DNA of 55,242 nt from a virus, in the IMG/VR virus record IMGVR_UViG_3300047160_036265. One strand, written 5' to 3'. Below, one piece after another: positions 1 through 8,067 of this stretch (position 1 is the first letter of the stretch; every line of letters begins with the position of its first letter). The position numbers and the translations under genes are program-made. Under the pieces are notes generated by a model that was given only the letters and a program-made list of their open reading frames with translations, was not told the origin of the DNA and ran no database searches.

Positions 1-237
1 TCAGCCGTCTGTAGGCGGCGCAGGCACTTCATGGTTGTCCGCATGGGCCTTCTTCTTATTTTTTCGCTTGCCGCCCCGAACGATTTTGATGTAGTTCTTC
101 AGGTGGCGGCGAACGTCCTTATAGAACTGGACGGTTTCCTTGGGGTCCAGCCCTTCGTGCTTGTCCTGAAGGTAGTGGAGGACTTCCACCACTACCTCCG
201 TCACTTTGGCGCTCCTGGTCTTCTTCTTTTTTGGCAT
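1..237 (-). CDS. hypothetical small basic protein (78 aa)
   Basis: Complete ORF with stop at 1-3. Lys-rich N- and C-termini. No recognisable domain. Confidence 0.45.
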   Translation of the reverse strand: MPKKKKTRSAKVTEVVVEVLHYLQDKHEGLDPKETVQFYKDVRRHLKNYIKIVRGGKRKNKKKAHADNHEVPAPPTDG

Positions 238-1343
238 CAGTCAAACCTTCCTCCCACGGTCCACGAGGCGACTTCGGTGTTGAGGCATACCCTATGCCAC
301 TGGTCGCCCAACTTCAAGGTACGATGCTCGTTGGTCACTCGGTCGTTCCAGCCGTTCCGGTGGTAAACGGAACCGAAGGTGTAGATGCCTTCGTCCACCA
401 CAAAGAACTGCCGGCAACAGTGCTTGTTGCGGGTTCGCGTGTCCACGTCGATGTTGGCACGCTGGCGCTGGGGTAGCGGGGCGATCTTCGCCAGTTCCAG
501 CACCTTGGTTTTGGTCAGGCCGACCTTCTGCGCGAACCCGGCGTGATCCAGCCCGGTGGGAATGAAGAACCACTCCCCTTGGCGCACCACCGCCAGGCCC
601 GCCCGCTCGGCCCGCCGCACTAGCTGGGGCTTCAGGGCGTTGAACGCCTGGTCGATATTGCGGACGGTGTGTGGAAGCTGAGCCACGAAATACTGGCCCT
701 CGTCCAGCGAACACAGGAAGTCCTGGTCCGCCCGGCGAATGAGGGCAGCCCCCAGGATGTGCCAGCAGCCCGACTTGTAGCGGTCGTCATCCTCCTGACC
801 GCCATAAGGCACGAACATGCCCTGGCGTGGTGGCACGAAGGGATTACTGAAGTTGGGCCGCTTGCTCTTGAGGGTCTTGTAGTCCAAGTCCCTCCAATAG
901 CCACCTTCCTTGTCCCGGTAGATATGCTCCCGGAAGTCCGGGCGGTAGGCGATGACGAAGGCGGGAAGACGGTTGTTATACGTCTGGTCGCTGTCGGACT
1001 CGTAGCGGCGTTCCTTCTGTTCCACGACTGGCGGCAAGGCCAGGTTGTAGAAGTTGATGCCGGCGGCGCGAAGGGCGCTGACGGACACCGTGGGGCCTTT
1101 GCAGGCCCCCTGGGTGATAGACTGGTGGCCGCTGGTGCTGCTGCTGTAGCGGTCGCCGTTCTTGATGAAGACGGACTCCCCAGCCTTCTCACCCAGGAAG
1201 CGGGCCAGGGGGAAATGGGAGCCGTAGGAATAGAGGGTGTCGCCGGAGGCGTACATCCGGCTGCCGGACCAACTGCAATCGCCGGTGCGGCGGTTCAACT
1301 TCCTGGCGGCAAACTTCTTGGCAATCTCGGAGTGCGCAACCAC
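237..1343 (-). CDS. hypothetical protein (368 aa)
   Basis: Long ORF. ATG at 1343 preceded by AGGAGA Shine-Dalgarno. No motif recognised. Confidence 0.6.
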   Translation of the reverse strand: MVAHSEIAKKFAARKLNRRTGDCSWSGSRMYASGDTLYSYGSHFPLARFLGEKAGESVFIKNGDRYSSSTSGHQSITQGACKGPTVSVSALRAAGINFYNLALPPVVEQKERRYESDSDQTYNNRLPAFVIAYRPDFREHIYRDKEGGYWRDLDYKTLKSKRPNFSNPFVPPRQGMFVPYGGQEDDDRYKSGCWHILGAALIRRADQDFLCSLDEGQYFVAQLPHTVRNIDQAFNALKPQLVRRAERAGLAVVRQGEWFFIPTGLDHAGFAQKVGLTKTKVLELAKIAPLPQRQRANIDVDTRTRNKHCCRQFFVVDEGIYTFGSVYHRNGWNDRVTNEHRTLKLGDQWHRVCLNTEVASWTVGGRFD

Positions 1344-1391
1344 TTGATTTCTCCTGTGTGGCTTGTTGTGCGCATATATTTCGGGTGTTCC

Positions 1392-1646
1392 TTATTCGTC
1401 GTCAATGCTGCGATGTTGCTGCTTGGGCTTGGCCGGCTTCACCGGCGGCTTGGGCTGGGCCAACTGCCAACGGCCATTGGCGTCACGCTCGATCTTGTTG
1501 TCCTTGCGCAAGGCGTTGAGGGCCTGGAGGACCATCTTGCCGTGCGTGGAGGCGTCGGCGCTATTGGTCAGGCGGATTATCTCCGATAGCGACAGACCAC
1601 TCGATACCCGCAGGGCTGCCTCAACCTGTTCTTGCAGAGAATTCAC
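1392..1646 (-). CDS. hypothetical protein (84 aa), Pro/Lys-rich C-terminus
   Basis: ATG with AGGAG Shine-Dalgarno. Confidence 0.5.
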   Translation of the reverse strand: MNSLQEQVEAALRVSSGLSLSEIIRLTNSADASTHGKMVLQALNALRKDNKIERDANGRWQLAQPKPPVKPAKPKQQHRSIDDE

Positions 1647-1656
1647 CGGGGAACTC

Positions 1657-2178
1657 CTAGTTCAAACTGAAGCCGGGAATGCTGGTGATAACGGGGCAGA
1701 TATTGTCCCACAGTTCGTCGGGATCGCCGTCGAGGACAAGCTCCGGGGTGGCATCGACTACATGCCAGGCCCCGTGCGCGATCTCGCTTTCAAGCTGCCC
1801 AGGTGCCCAGCCGGCGTAGCCAGTGACCATCTTGAAGCGGTGGTCGTCCATCGGGATGGTGTTGATGATCTTGTTGAGGATTTTGGGCGTGCCGTGCCAC
1901 AGTCCAGGCACGATCTTGTACTTTTCCTTGCCGAGACGTTCGATTCCGTGAAGCATCGTGATCCGGCTGTTGATGTCGCAGGGTCCGCCGACATACATCG
2001 GGAACGGGTTCTTGGGGCATTGCCCACAGGTGCATTCCACTTCCTCGGCCTTGCGGTTGACTGTCACCCCGTAGGCCCCCTGCTCTTCGTCATGCTCCAG
2101 CATGTAGATCACCGCACGGGCGAATGGGGTGTCCATCATGCGGATCGAGGCGACCAGGAACTTGTTCTTCAGGTTCAT
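1657..2178 (-). CDS. YqgE/AlgH family (UPF0301) protein with a Cys-rich insertion
   Basis: N-terminal FLVAS...ARAVIYMLEHDEEGAYGVTVNR matches the YqgE/AlgH signature. Strong GGAGG Shine-Dalgarno. Own TTTACA-N17-TATAAT promoter. Confidence 0.7.
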   Translation of the reverse strand: MNLKNKFLVASIRMMDTPFARAVIYMLEHDEEQGAYGVTVNRKAEEVECTCGQCPKNPFPMYVGGPCDINSRITMLHGIERLGKEKYKIVPGLWHGTPKILNKIINTIPMDDHRFKMVTGYAGWAPGQLESEIAHGAWHVVDATPELVLDGDPDELWDNICPVITSIPGFSLN

Positions 2179-2212
2179 CTCTTCCTCCTTTGACTTCCCC
2201 TATTATAGTTAG

Positions 2213-2230
2213 GCGTCTTGTGGTTGTAAA
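2213..2230 (-). promoter_or_regulatory. sigma-70-like promoter P1 (TTTACAACC-N-TATAAT)
   Basis: Minus strand reads TTTACA + 17 nt + TATAAT, about 30 nt upstream of the ATG at 2178. Confidence 0.65.
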
Positions 2231-2264
2231 CCACAAACAATAACGGGGCCGACGTGAAGAGAAG

Positions 2265-2337
2265 CGCCCCCAGGGGGAATCGAACCCCCGTAGTCACAGT
2301 TTTAGAGACTGCCGCTACACCACTCAGCTATGGGGGC
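2265..2337 (-). tRNA. amber suppressor tRNA, anticodon CUA, tRNA-Trp-like body
   Basis: 73-nt cloverleaf read by eye. Acceptor stem GCCCCCA/TGGGGGC, discriminator G. T-arm GGGGG-TTCGATT-CCCCC. Anticodon stem GCAGT/ACTGT with loop CUCUAAA, so anticodon CUA with U33 and A37. This is one base away from the tRNA-Trp loop CUCCAAA. CCA is not encoded. Has its own promoter. Confidence 0.7.
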
Positions 2338-2349
2338 ATCGTATACTGT

Positions 2350-2379
2350 ATTGTACGGCAGCAGGCGACTGGTTGTAAA
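2350..2379 (-). promoter_or_regulatory. promoter P2 driving the tRNA
   Basis: TTTACAACC + 18 nt + TACAAT. The -10 ends about 12 nt before the mature tRNA 5' end. Confidence 0.65.
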
Positions 2380-2383
2380 CCAA

Positions 2384-2668
2384 CTATTTCCGGCGCTTGC
2401 CGGGCCACTTGTTGTGCAGGTCGTGGGCGATCTTGCCCTCGCCCACGGTGATCGGCGGGATTAGGCCCTGAGCCGCAAGGTCTTTGGCAATCGCGTCTTC
2501 CGTCTCCCCAAAGAAGAGGAGGATTTCACCGTCCCAGGGCAGGCCAAGCTCGGAGAACTTGACATGGATCGGCTTGCCCTGCTTGAGCAGTTCGACGTTG
2601 GCGGCGGTGATGCCAAGTCCGATCAGCTTGCTGCCGCTGTTAGGGTTGGTGGCAGTGAATTTTATCAT
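2384..2668 (-). CDS. hypothetical protein (about 94 aa)
   Basis: Internal ATG (MIKFTATNPN...) with GAGGA Shine-Dalgarno. The upstream part of the track ORF is low-complexity other-frame sequence. Confidence 0.4.
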   Translation of the reverse strand: MIKFTATNPNSGSKLIGLGITAANVELLKQGKPIHVKFSELGLPWDGEILLFFGETEDAIAKDLAAQGLIPPITVGEGKIAHDLHNKWPGKRRK

Positions 2669-3236
2669 GATCTGGTCCTCGGTAGGGATACAGCTTGGAG
2701 GATGCCGGCACTTCCGTCCACCCCATGTTATCGAGGATTTCCTTGAGGGGTTTTGTTTCCTGCCAGCCCATTCGCAAAATAAAAGCCGGGTCTTCTTTGC
2801 TCCACTTGTGCCACTGGTCGATGGACATTCCCGCAACCGGCGATTCGTAGGCGGCGTAAAAGCTGCTGGCCCAGAACCAGCCGACAATATAGTTGAGCCA
2901 GCCGCCCACCGTCAGGTGCGGGATATTTTTGAAATTCCCGTGGCAGAAGGAGCTAAAGTGCTGACCCATTGGCAGCCCGCAGCCTGCCAATGGGTCGGTA
3001 AGTTGCTTGAGGGGCGATTTGCGCCAGGCCAGCCGAATGTCCAGCAGCCACATGGGGAAGAACAACCATCCCGGACCTGGGCGACGGTAGCTCAGCAGCA
3101 TATATTGGTACGGCAGAGCCAGGTACGTCCACTTGTTTCCCATGAATATGTGCCGGGCGCTAGGCGGATATTCAAGGATGATGATGCCGGCGGTTTTCTC
3201 CTTGTAATGGAAACGCATGGCTTCCCTGACGTTCAT
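2640..3236 (-). CDS. hypothetical Trp/aromatic-rich protein (198 aa)
   Basis: ATG with AAGGA Shine-Dalgarno. Protein-like composition. Confidence 0.5.
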   Translation of the reverse strand: MNVREAMRFHYKEKTAGIIILEYPPSARHIFMGNKWTYLALPYQYMLLSYRRPGPGWLFFPMWLLDIRLAWRKSPLKQLTDPLAGCGLPMGQHFSSFCHGNFKNIPHLTVGGWLNYIVGWFWASSFYAAYESPVAGMSIDQWHKWSKEDPAFILRMGWQETKPLKEILDNMGWTEVPASSKLYPYRGPDHDKIHCHQP

Positions 3237-3251
3237 GATGCCATCCTTGAA

Positions 3252-4196
3252 TCAGGCCACCTTCTCCACCTTGACCGGACGGGCGGCGGGTCGGCCAAGC
3301 ACCACGCCACCTTTCAGTTCTTTGAAAATCTCCGAGAGGGGCCGCTGATCGCGTTCCTGAGCCGTCTGGCGGCGCTGGTAGCCCTCGACACCGTGTTTGA
3401 CGGCGAAGCCACGGAACTGCTGCTCGTTGTTCAGGATCATGATATAGCGCATGATGAGGCTGTCGGTCGGCGGGAAGTTCCCCGTCAGCACCACGCACAG
3501 CCGCTCCACCAGCTTTTCCCCTTCGTAGACACAGGTGATGCCGTGGCCGGGGAATATCTGGTACATGCGCCCGCTCTTGGCTTTGACTGAGACGAAGCCG
3601 CACTTGATGAAGTTGCGGAACTTGGCCTCGCCCAGCACCCGGCGCAGCGTATCGCGTGCCCGCTGTTCACGCTCGTCGGGAGACATTTGCAGCGACTTGC
3701 GGGTGCCAATGACCATCGGGGCCTGACGAGCCTGGAGGATTTCCTTGAGGCGTTCTTCGGGGGTCTTGGCGGCGAACGGGTAAACCACGCCTGGGCAGTC
3801 GATCCAGCCCTCGCCCACCCGATAAAGGACTTTCATCGTGTGGCGGCATGTCGTAGCGTTGGTTCCTTGCCAAGCCCACTCCTGCTCATGCTCGGCAAGC
3901 GTGACACAGTTGGTGGCGCTCGTCCCCCGGTCCCAGGCGACCTGGACCCAACGGTTATCGTTGGCAGCGCGCACCACCCACCCGGCAGTGCCATCACAGC
4001 CGGTGCCCTGGATGGTATGGGGCCACACGTCGTATTCGACTTGCACAGTAGCACCCCCGGTCATGCTGTGGTTCATGGTGGCCCGCCGCACGCTGCCTGG
4101 GAACTCGACAGTATTATTGCCAGTGGCGTTGGCAACTTTGAAATAAACGGTTGGACCATTTCCGATGGTGCCAACCGCAGTATTGGTGAAGATCAT
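3252..4196 (-). CDS. hypothetical protein (about 314 aa), beta-rich N-terminal domain
   Basis: Internal ATG (MIFTNTAVG...) with GGAAGGA Shine-Dalgarno. The track start is TTG with no ribosome-binding site. Confidence 0.5.
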   Translation of the reverse strand: MIFTNTAVGTIGNGPTVYFKVANATGNNTVEFPGSVRRATMNHSMTGGATVQVEYDVWPHTIQGTGCDGTAGWVVRAANDNRWVQVAWDRGTSATNCVTLAEHEQEWAWQGTNATTCRHTMKVLYRVGEGWIDCPGVVYPFAAKTPEERLKEILQARQAPMVIGTRKSLQMSPDEREQRARDTLRRVLGEAKFRNFIKCGFVSVKAKSGRMYQIFPGHGITCVYEGEKLVERLCVVLTGNFPPTDSLIMRYIMILNNEQQFRGFAVKHGVEGYQRRQTAQERDQRPLSEIFKELKGGVVLGRPAARPVKVEKVA

Positions 4197-4200
4197 GACC

Positions 4201-4425
4201 CTATCCTTCCAGCGCCCCGGCTTGGCGGTAACAGTCCTTGATAAAGGCGGTCGTCTCGACAATCGCCTGAATCTGAGGAGTTACCACCCCGTCCGGGCGG
4301 GTGTAAATCTTCGTATGGTAGCTGAACTTGGCGGTTTCGGGGTTGGACACGACGAGGAAATAGCTGAGGCCCCGCTTCTCAGCTTCCTGGGCCATGAAGT
4401 TGGCGAACTCCCGTTCCGGTGTCAT
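4201..4425 (-). CDS. hypothetical protein (74 aa)
   Basis: Internal ATG (MTPEREF...) with AGGGGG Shine-Dalgarno. Lies 1 nt after the upstream stop. Confidence 0.45.
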   Translation of the reverse strand: MTPEREFANFMAQEAEKRGLSYFLVVSNPETAKFSYHTKIYTRPDGVVTPQIQAIVETTAFIKDCYRQAGALEG

Positions 4426-4426
4426 A

Positions 4427-4768
4427 TTAGCCCCCTGCGACCATCGCCACCGGGACGAAGATGATTTCCTCAGCCAGCGGATCGAATTCGACCATGATCT
4501 CAGCGCTGGCCCGCCCGTCCACGCCAACCCGGTGCGGAACCAGGCCCTCGGCCACGCACTTGTCGAAGAAGGCTTTGGCCTCCTGAATCTGGGCGAAGTC
4601 GTGACGGTCCCAGGAGTAGCGCTTGTCGCCGTCCTTTTCCGTCATGACCCGGAAACAGCCGAAACCTGCGGGAGCATGGTTCGCGCCAAGCTCCGGCAGG
4701 CCGGTTTTAATTTGCACAGTGCCCTTGCCGCCCTTGAACACCGGCAGTTCGAGGACATTCTCAGTCAT
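4427..4768 (-). CDS. hypothetical protein (113 aa)
   Basis: Internal ATG (MTENVLELPV...) with GGAGGAGG Shine-Dalgarno. Confidence 0.5.
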   Translation of the reverse strand: MTENVLELPVFKGGKGTVQIKTGLPELGANHAPAGFGCFRVMTEKDGDKRYSWDRHDFAQIQEAKAFFDKCVAEGLVPHRVGVDGRASAEIMVEFDPLAEEIIFVPVAMVAGG

Positions 4769-5126
4769 CGCCTTGACCTCCTCCGAAGTGTTCAAACCAG
4801 AGTTCGCGCATCCGCACGTCACGGATGTAATCGGCAGAGTCTATCACGGCCCCGTCGCGTGCGTTGGCTTTGATCCGGTTGGTGAAAGGTTCCTTGGAGT
4901 ACGCCGACTTGGGAACGTGGACTTCCTCCTCATACGACCCACTCACGGCGTCGTTGTATTCCACGATATGGCCGTCCTTGGTGGCGCGAGGATGGGGGTG
5001 GTGGCAGTTGGGGCAGCACATTTTGATGCGAATGTTCAGGCCCATGTCCAGCTTGACCCGGAAATAGCCCTGGCAGTCGTTGCAGTAGAACTCTTGCCAA
5101 ATCTTAGCCACGGGAACCCCCTTCAT
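4761..5126 (-). CDS. zinc-ribbon protein (about 121 aa)
   Basis: CNDC...CPNC four-Cys ribbon. Start is uncertain: ATG at 5126 with a weak Shine-Dalgarno. Confidence 0.4.
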   Translation of the reverse strand: MKGVPVAKIWQEFYCNDCQGYFRVKLDMGLNIRIKMCCPNCHHPHPRATKDGHIVEYNDAVSGSYEEEVHVPKSAYSKEPFTNRIKANARDGAVIDSADYIRDVRMRELWFEHFGGGQGDD

Positions 5127-5406
5127 ACATGATGCGGTAGTACAGTATCCTGAAGTATTCCTGGGCCATGCGATGATGCTTGCGGTCGATATAACGCGCA
5201 CGCAGCAGGATCAAATCCAGCGGCTCGTAGTCGGTGAAGCCAAAGAACCGGCGGGCGTTGATCTCCTCCGGCGCATCCGCATCATATCCCTCGACCACAG
5301 GGGCGGGCGGCTGGGGTGCCAGGAGCCGGGGACGACTCCTGGCACCGTAGTAGAAAACGCCATCCTCGTAGACGCCATCTTCTCGCCCAACGCCTGAAGG
5401 CGTCAT
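5104..5406 (-). CDS. hypothetical protein (100 aa)
   Basis: ATG at 5406 with GAGAGG Shine-Dalgarno. Confidence 0.45.
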   Translation of the reverse strand: MTPSGVGREDGVYEDGVFYYGARSRPRLLAPQPPAPVVEGYDADAPEEINARRFFGFTDYEPLDLILLRARYIDRKHHRMAQEYFRILYYRIMYEGGSRG

Positions 5407-5436
5407 ATACTGCCTGCCTCTCTGCCCAAAACGGCG

Positions 5437-5874
5437 TCAGCCCTTTTTGATGTTCAACATGCCCGTCAGCATCCGCCCCACCTGAATGAGCCGGAGTTGA
5501 GCATAGCATTCCACCACGTTGCCGTCAACGTAGGGTGTGAAGGTAATGATGGTGCCGAACTTGTGGTCCAGGTAGTTGCACGCCTGCATCATCTGGACCT
5601 GGCGAAGCATCAGGTAGTAGTCGGCCACCGGGATCGCCGCCTTGAGGCGGTTGGCGTCGTCGTGGAAGTGAACCTCCGCACCGCTCAGGTGGAAGCGGAG
5701 CGTCTGGGCAGCGCCGCCCTTGGGCGGGGCCGGCGGCGGCTCCACCGTGGCCCCGGCAACCGGCGGCGAGGCCGTGGCCTGGGGCTGAGCGCCCGGCGGC
5801 TGCTGGATGATGGTTTCGCCGCCCTTGTCGCCGGGCTGCTGCTGCGGAACCGTGGACTCATACTGACCGCCCAT
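5437..5874 (-). CDS. hypothetical protein with Pro/Ala-rich linker (about 145 aa)
   Basis: Internal ATG (MGGQYEST...) with AAGGAGA Shine-Dalgarno. Confidence 0.5.
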   Translation of the reverse strand: MGGQYESTVPQQQPGDKGGETIIQQPPGAQPQATASPPVAGATVEPPPAPPKGGAAQTLRFHLSGAEVHFHDDANRLKAAIPVADYYLMLRQVQMMQACNYLDHKFGTIITFTPYVDGNVVECYAQLRLIQVGRMLTGMLNIKKG

Positions 5875-5927
5875 CTTGCTTCTCCTTCTCTTTAGGAGTG
5901 TCAGGAGTTTCTTTAGCCACTGTGGGA

Positions 5928-6167
5928 TCACTCTTCGATTTCCTCAAAGTCCCCTTCTTCCTCCAAGCCGTGTTTGCGGGCTACGTCCTCGTCCTCCGTG
6001 ACGAGCATGGCATAATCGTCGTCCGCTCCCCCTTCCAGTCGGACCTTGCCGGTCTGCTGGATTTCCACCAGTTCGGCGGTGGCCGCTTTCAAAGCGACCA
6101 CCATTTCGTCCAGGGTCTTGGCGTCCACGGTGAGGAACTTATTGCGCCAGGTCCGTGTGTACCTCAT
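5928..6167 (-). CDS. small acidic protein (79 aa)
   Basis: ATG at 6167. Very acidic C-terminus. Confidence 0.4.
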   Translation of the reverse strand: MRYTRTWRNKFLTVDAKTLDEMVVALKAATAELVEIQQTGKVRLEGGADDDYAMLVTEDEDVARKHGLEEEGDFEEIEE

Positions 6168-6538
6168 AACGACTCCGGGTAAGGGGGAGGAATGGGCGGA
6201 ATCTGCACCGGCACCTGCGTGCGGGCGAACGTGACGCCCTCGATCTTCCTGACCTGCTCCAGCAGTTCCATGCTGGGGATGGAGCAGGTGATGGTGTTGA
6301 GCGGTTCTTGGATGTTGATGTTAGTGGCACCGAGTTCGAGCAGTTGCGCCTCCACCAGCGCCGGTTCCATCTGGTCGTGGATGGTCAGGACGATGCCAAC
6401 GGGGTCTTCTTGGATCACAGGAACGCCCTCCATAAATAGTAGCCAGCGATCACCAGGGCGACGAGGCCGAATATAAGCCCGTGATATACCGCCACCACGA
6501 TGAGCAGTGAATACGAGCTTAACAGTGTCCTCTTCCAT
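6164..6538 (-). CDS. hypothetical protein (124 aa; start ambiguous)
   Basis: The ATG at 6538 has an AAGGAG Shine-Dalgarno but overlaps the 6415-6624 ORF by 124 nt. Alternative start at 6433. Confidence 0.35.
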   Translation of the reverse strand: MEEDTVKLVFTAHRGGGISRAYIRPRRPGDRWLLFMEGVPVIQEDPVGIVLTIHDQMEPALVEAQLLELGATNINIQEPLNTITCSIPSMELLEQVRKIEGVTFARTQVPVQIPPIPPPYPESL

Positions 6539-6624
6539 GACTCCTTAAAAGGGGCGTTGTAGTCTCTGGGTGGCCACAACGCCCGTTGAATGTGAAACCA
6601 GTACCAGGCCCAAAACCTCTTCAT
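6415..6624 (-). CDS. small membrane protein (69 aa)
   Basis: ATGA overlap with the HNH gene stop (translational coupling). Hydrophobic C-terminal helix. Confidence 0.45.
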   Translation of the reverse strand: MKRFWAWYWFHIQRALWPPRDYNAPFKESWKRTLLSSYSLLIVVAVYHGLIFGLVALVIAGYYLWRAFL

Positions 6625-6983
6625 GGCAGAAATTCTTCCGGGATCGTCCTGATCCCGTCCTCCACTTCACCGTGACAATTTGCACATAACAGCACGCACT
6701 TCCTGGCTTCTTGCAAGAGCTTGGGTATCGAAGTCACTGTCCTATTCATAACCCCGAAGCACTTGCCGTCCTTGTCAACATGGTGAAAATGAAGGTTCCT
6801 TTTGCACTTCCCGTAGCCGCAGAGGACGCACGCCTCGCCAAATTCGGATAGCAGGGCGTCCTTGATTTTTTTGCGATGGGCGGCGGTGTGTTCCCGATTG
6901 CACTTTATGCACCTTCGCCACTTGCCCCTCCTGGTAAACTCGGTTAGTCCATGTTTCCGACATTGATCTTTATACGACTGCAT
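6621..6983 (-). CDS. HNH endonuclease
   Basis: Cys pairs CxxC...CxxC flank HFHH and a C-terminal CANCH (HNH bba-Me motif). Confidence 0.75.
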   Translation of the reverse strand: MQSYKDQCRKHGLTEFTRRGKWRRCIKCNREHTAAHRKKIKDALLSEFGEACVLCGYGKCKRNLHFHHVDKDGKCFGVMNRTVTSIPKLLQEARKCVLLCANCHGEVEDGIRTIPEEFLP

Positions 6984-7558
6984 ACCTTATTGTAGTGCGC
7001 AGTCGTGATAATATCGGCCCGAAAACCATCCTTCATTTAAGCGTCGGCGCATTCAGCAATGGAAAACCACACGCATTGAACCTGGGCGAACCGACACGAA
7101 ACGCAGGGTGAATTCCAGGGCGGGTTCGTTTATCGCCAAACCAGGGCTACCCATTAACGTGTGAGGAACGGCGAGTTTTCACCCGAATCTGCTAAAACGG
7201 GGACCAGTACGGTGGTCGGCGGCGGTTTTTTATCGTGAACCTGCTGAAAGTCACTAGGTCGTTGAGACTGACTCCCGCCGGCTCTATGCGTCGAGCGCCC
7301 ACGGATTGTTTTACCTGTACGTCTAACAGGGTGGTTTTCGACATCACCAGTCGCCCTTATATTCCCCAAAGGGCCGGGCCTAGTTGCGTATAGGTACGGG
7401 CCTTACGCTCGCCAACGGCTGCGATTTTTCGACTCGTAGCTGCCGTCTAGGTTGGCTTCCTTACGGCACGGGGGCGCGATTCAGAAGCACTACGCCACCA
7501 ACTCCAGGCGGGAATACCATGCCGAATACTAATTCGACACCTGCGCATTCCAGGCAGG

Positions 7559-7789
7559 TCACACTTTGGCAGTGACACGCCCGTTGCAACGACGCTGCCG
7601 GCAGACCGCACAATATTTGCTGATCTGACGGTATTTCTGCTTGTCCGAGTCCCACTCCCGCAGGGCGTAGCAGCACCCGCAACCCTTGCAGACCTTGGGA
7701 GGCTCGTTGGCCCCCGGCGGCAGGGGCGGAAAGAGTTGACGGTACAGGTCGCTTTGCCAGAAGTCGGGTCCGATGACAGGACGGTTCAT
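7559..7789 (-). CDS. Cys-rich small protein (76 aa)
   Basis: ATGA-coupled to the upstream gene. Cys cluster CKGCGCCYA...CAVCRQRRC. Confidence 0.5.
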   Translation of the reverse strand: MNRPVIGPDFWQSDLYRQLFPPLPPGANEPPKVCKGCGCCYALREWDSDKQKYRQISKYCAVCRQRRCNGRVTAKV

Positions 7790-8067
7790 GGTTCCCTCGG
7801 TGTTAGTGCCACGCGAATCAGGCGATTGACTTCCTCGGCTGCCCGCTGGCGTTCCTGGGGGTCGTTATTGTAGCGATCAAGCGCTTCCTGGGCTTCGCGT
7901 TCCTCTTCCGGCGTCGGGGTCAGCAGCGAGGCCAAGAGAACGGCCTTGAAGTTGATCCAGTGTTCCAGCGGAATCTTCACATGGTCGCCGTCCACGACTC
8001 CCAGGCCCAGCAAGTATACAGCGGCGCGAGCGACGTTGACAACATGCAATTCGTGTTCCTCAGTCAT
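7786..8067 (-). CDS. hypothetical protein (93 aa)
   Basis: ATG with GGAAGGAG Shine-Dalgarno. Confidence 0.5.
   Translation of the reverse strand: MTEEHELHVVNVARAAVYLLGLGVVDGDHVKIPLEHWINFKAVLLASLLTPTPEEEREAQEALDRYNNDPQERQRAAEEVNRLIRVALTPREP

Noticed and set aside
2265-2337. tRNA-Pyl or tRNA-Tyr (supF-like) identity for the CUA tRNA
   Set aside because: The cloverleaf is canonical class I: 7-nt D loop, 5-bp anticodon stem, and a short variable loop (6 nt as folded). That is unlike the compact tRNA-Pyl or the long-arm bacterial tRNA-Tyr. The loop is closest to tRNA-Trp, with a Lys-derived origin as a less likely alternative.
4311-4320. Additional GTGTAAATC match inside a coding region, as a promoter
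   Set aside because: It lacks the extended TTTACAAC context, lies within a gene, and the best -10 candidate (GTAACT) is weak.
7079-7110. tmRNA or additional tRNA in the AT-richer gap (GAACC-containing strings)
   Set aside because: No acceptor/T-arm pairing could be built. The only convincing TTCGA...GGGGG T-arm in the window belongs to the tRNA at 2265-2337.
6621-7558. Group I intron hosting the HNH gene
   Set aside because: The flanks do not reconstitute a split gene. I could not find convincing P/Q/R/S core elements, only a loose AATCTGC-like string on the wrong strand.
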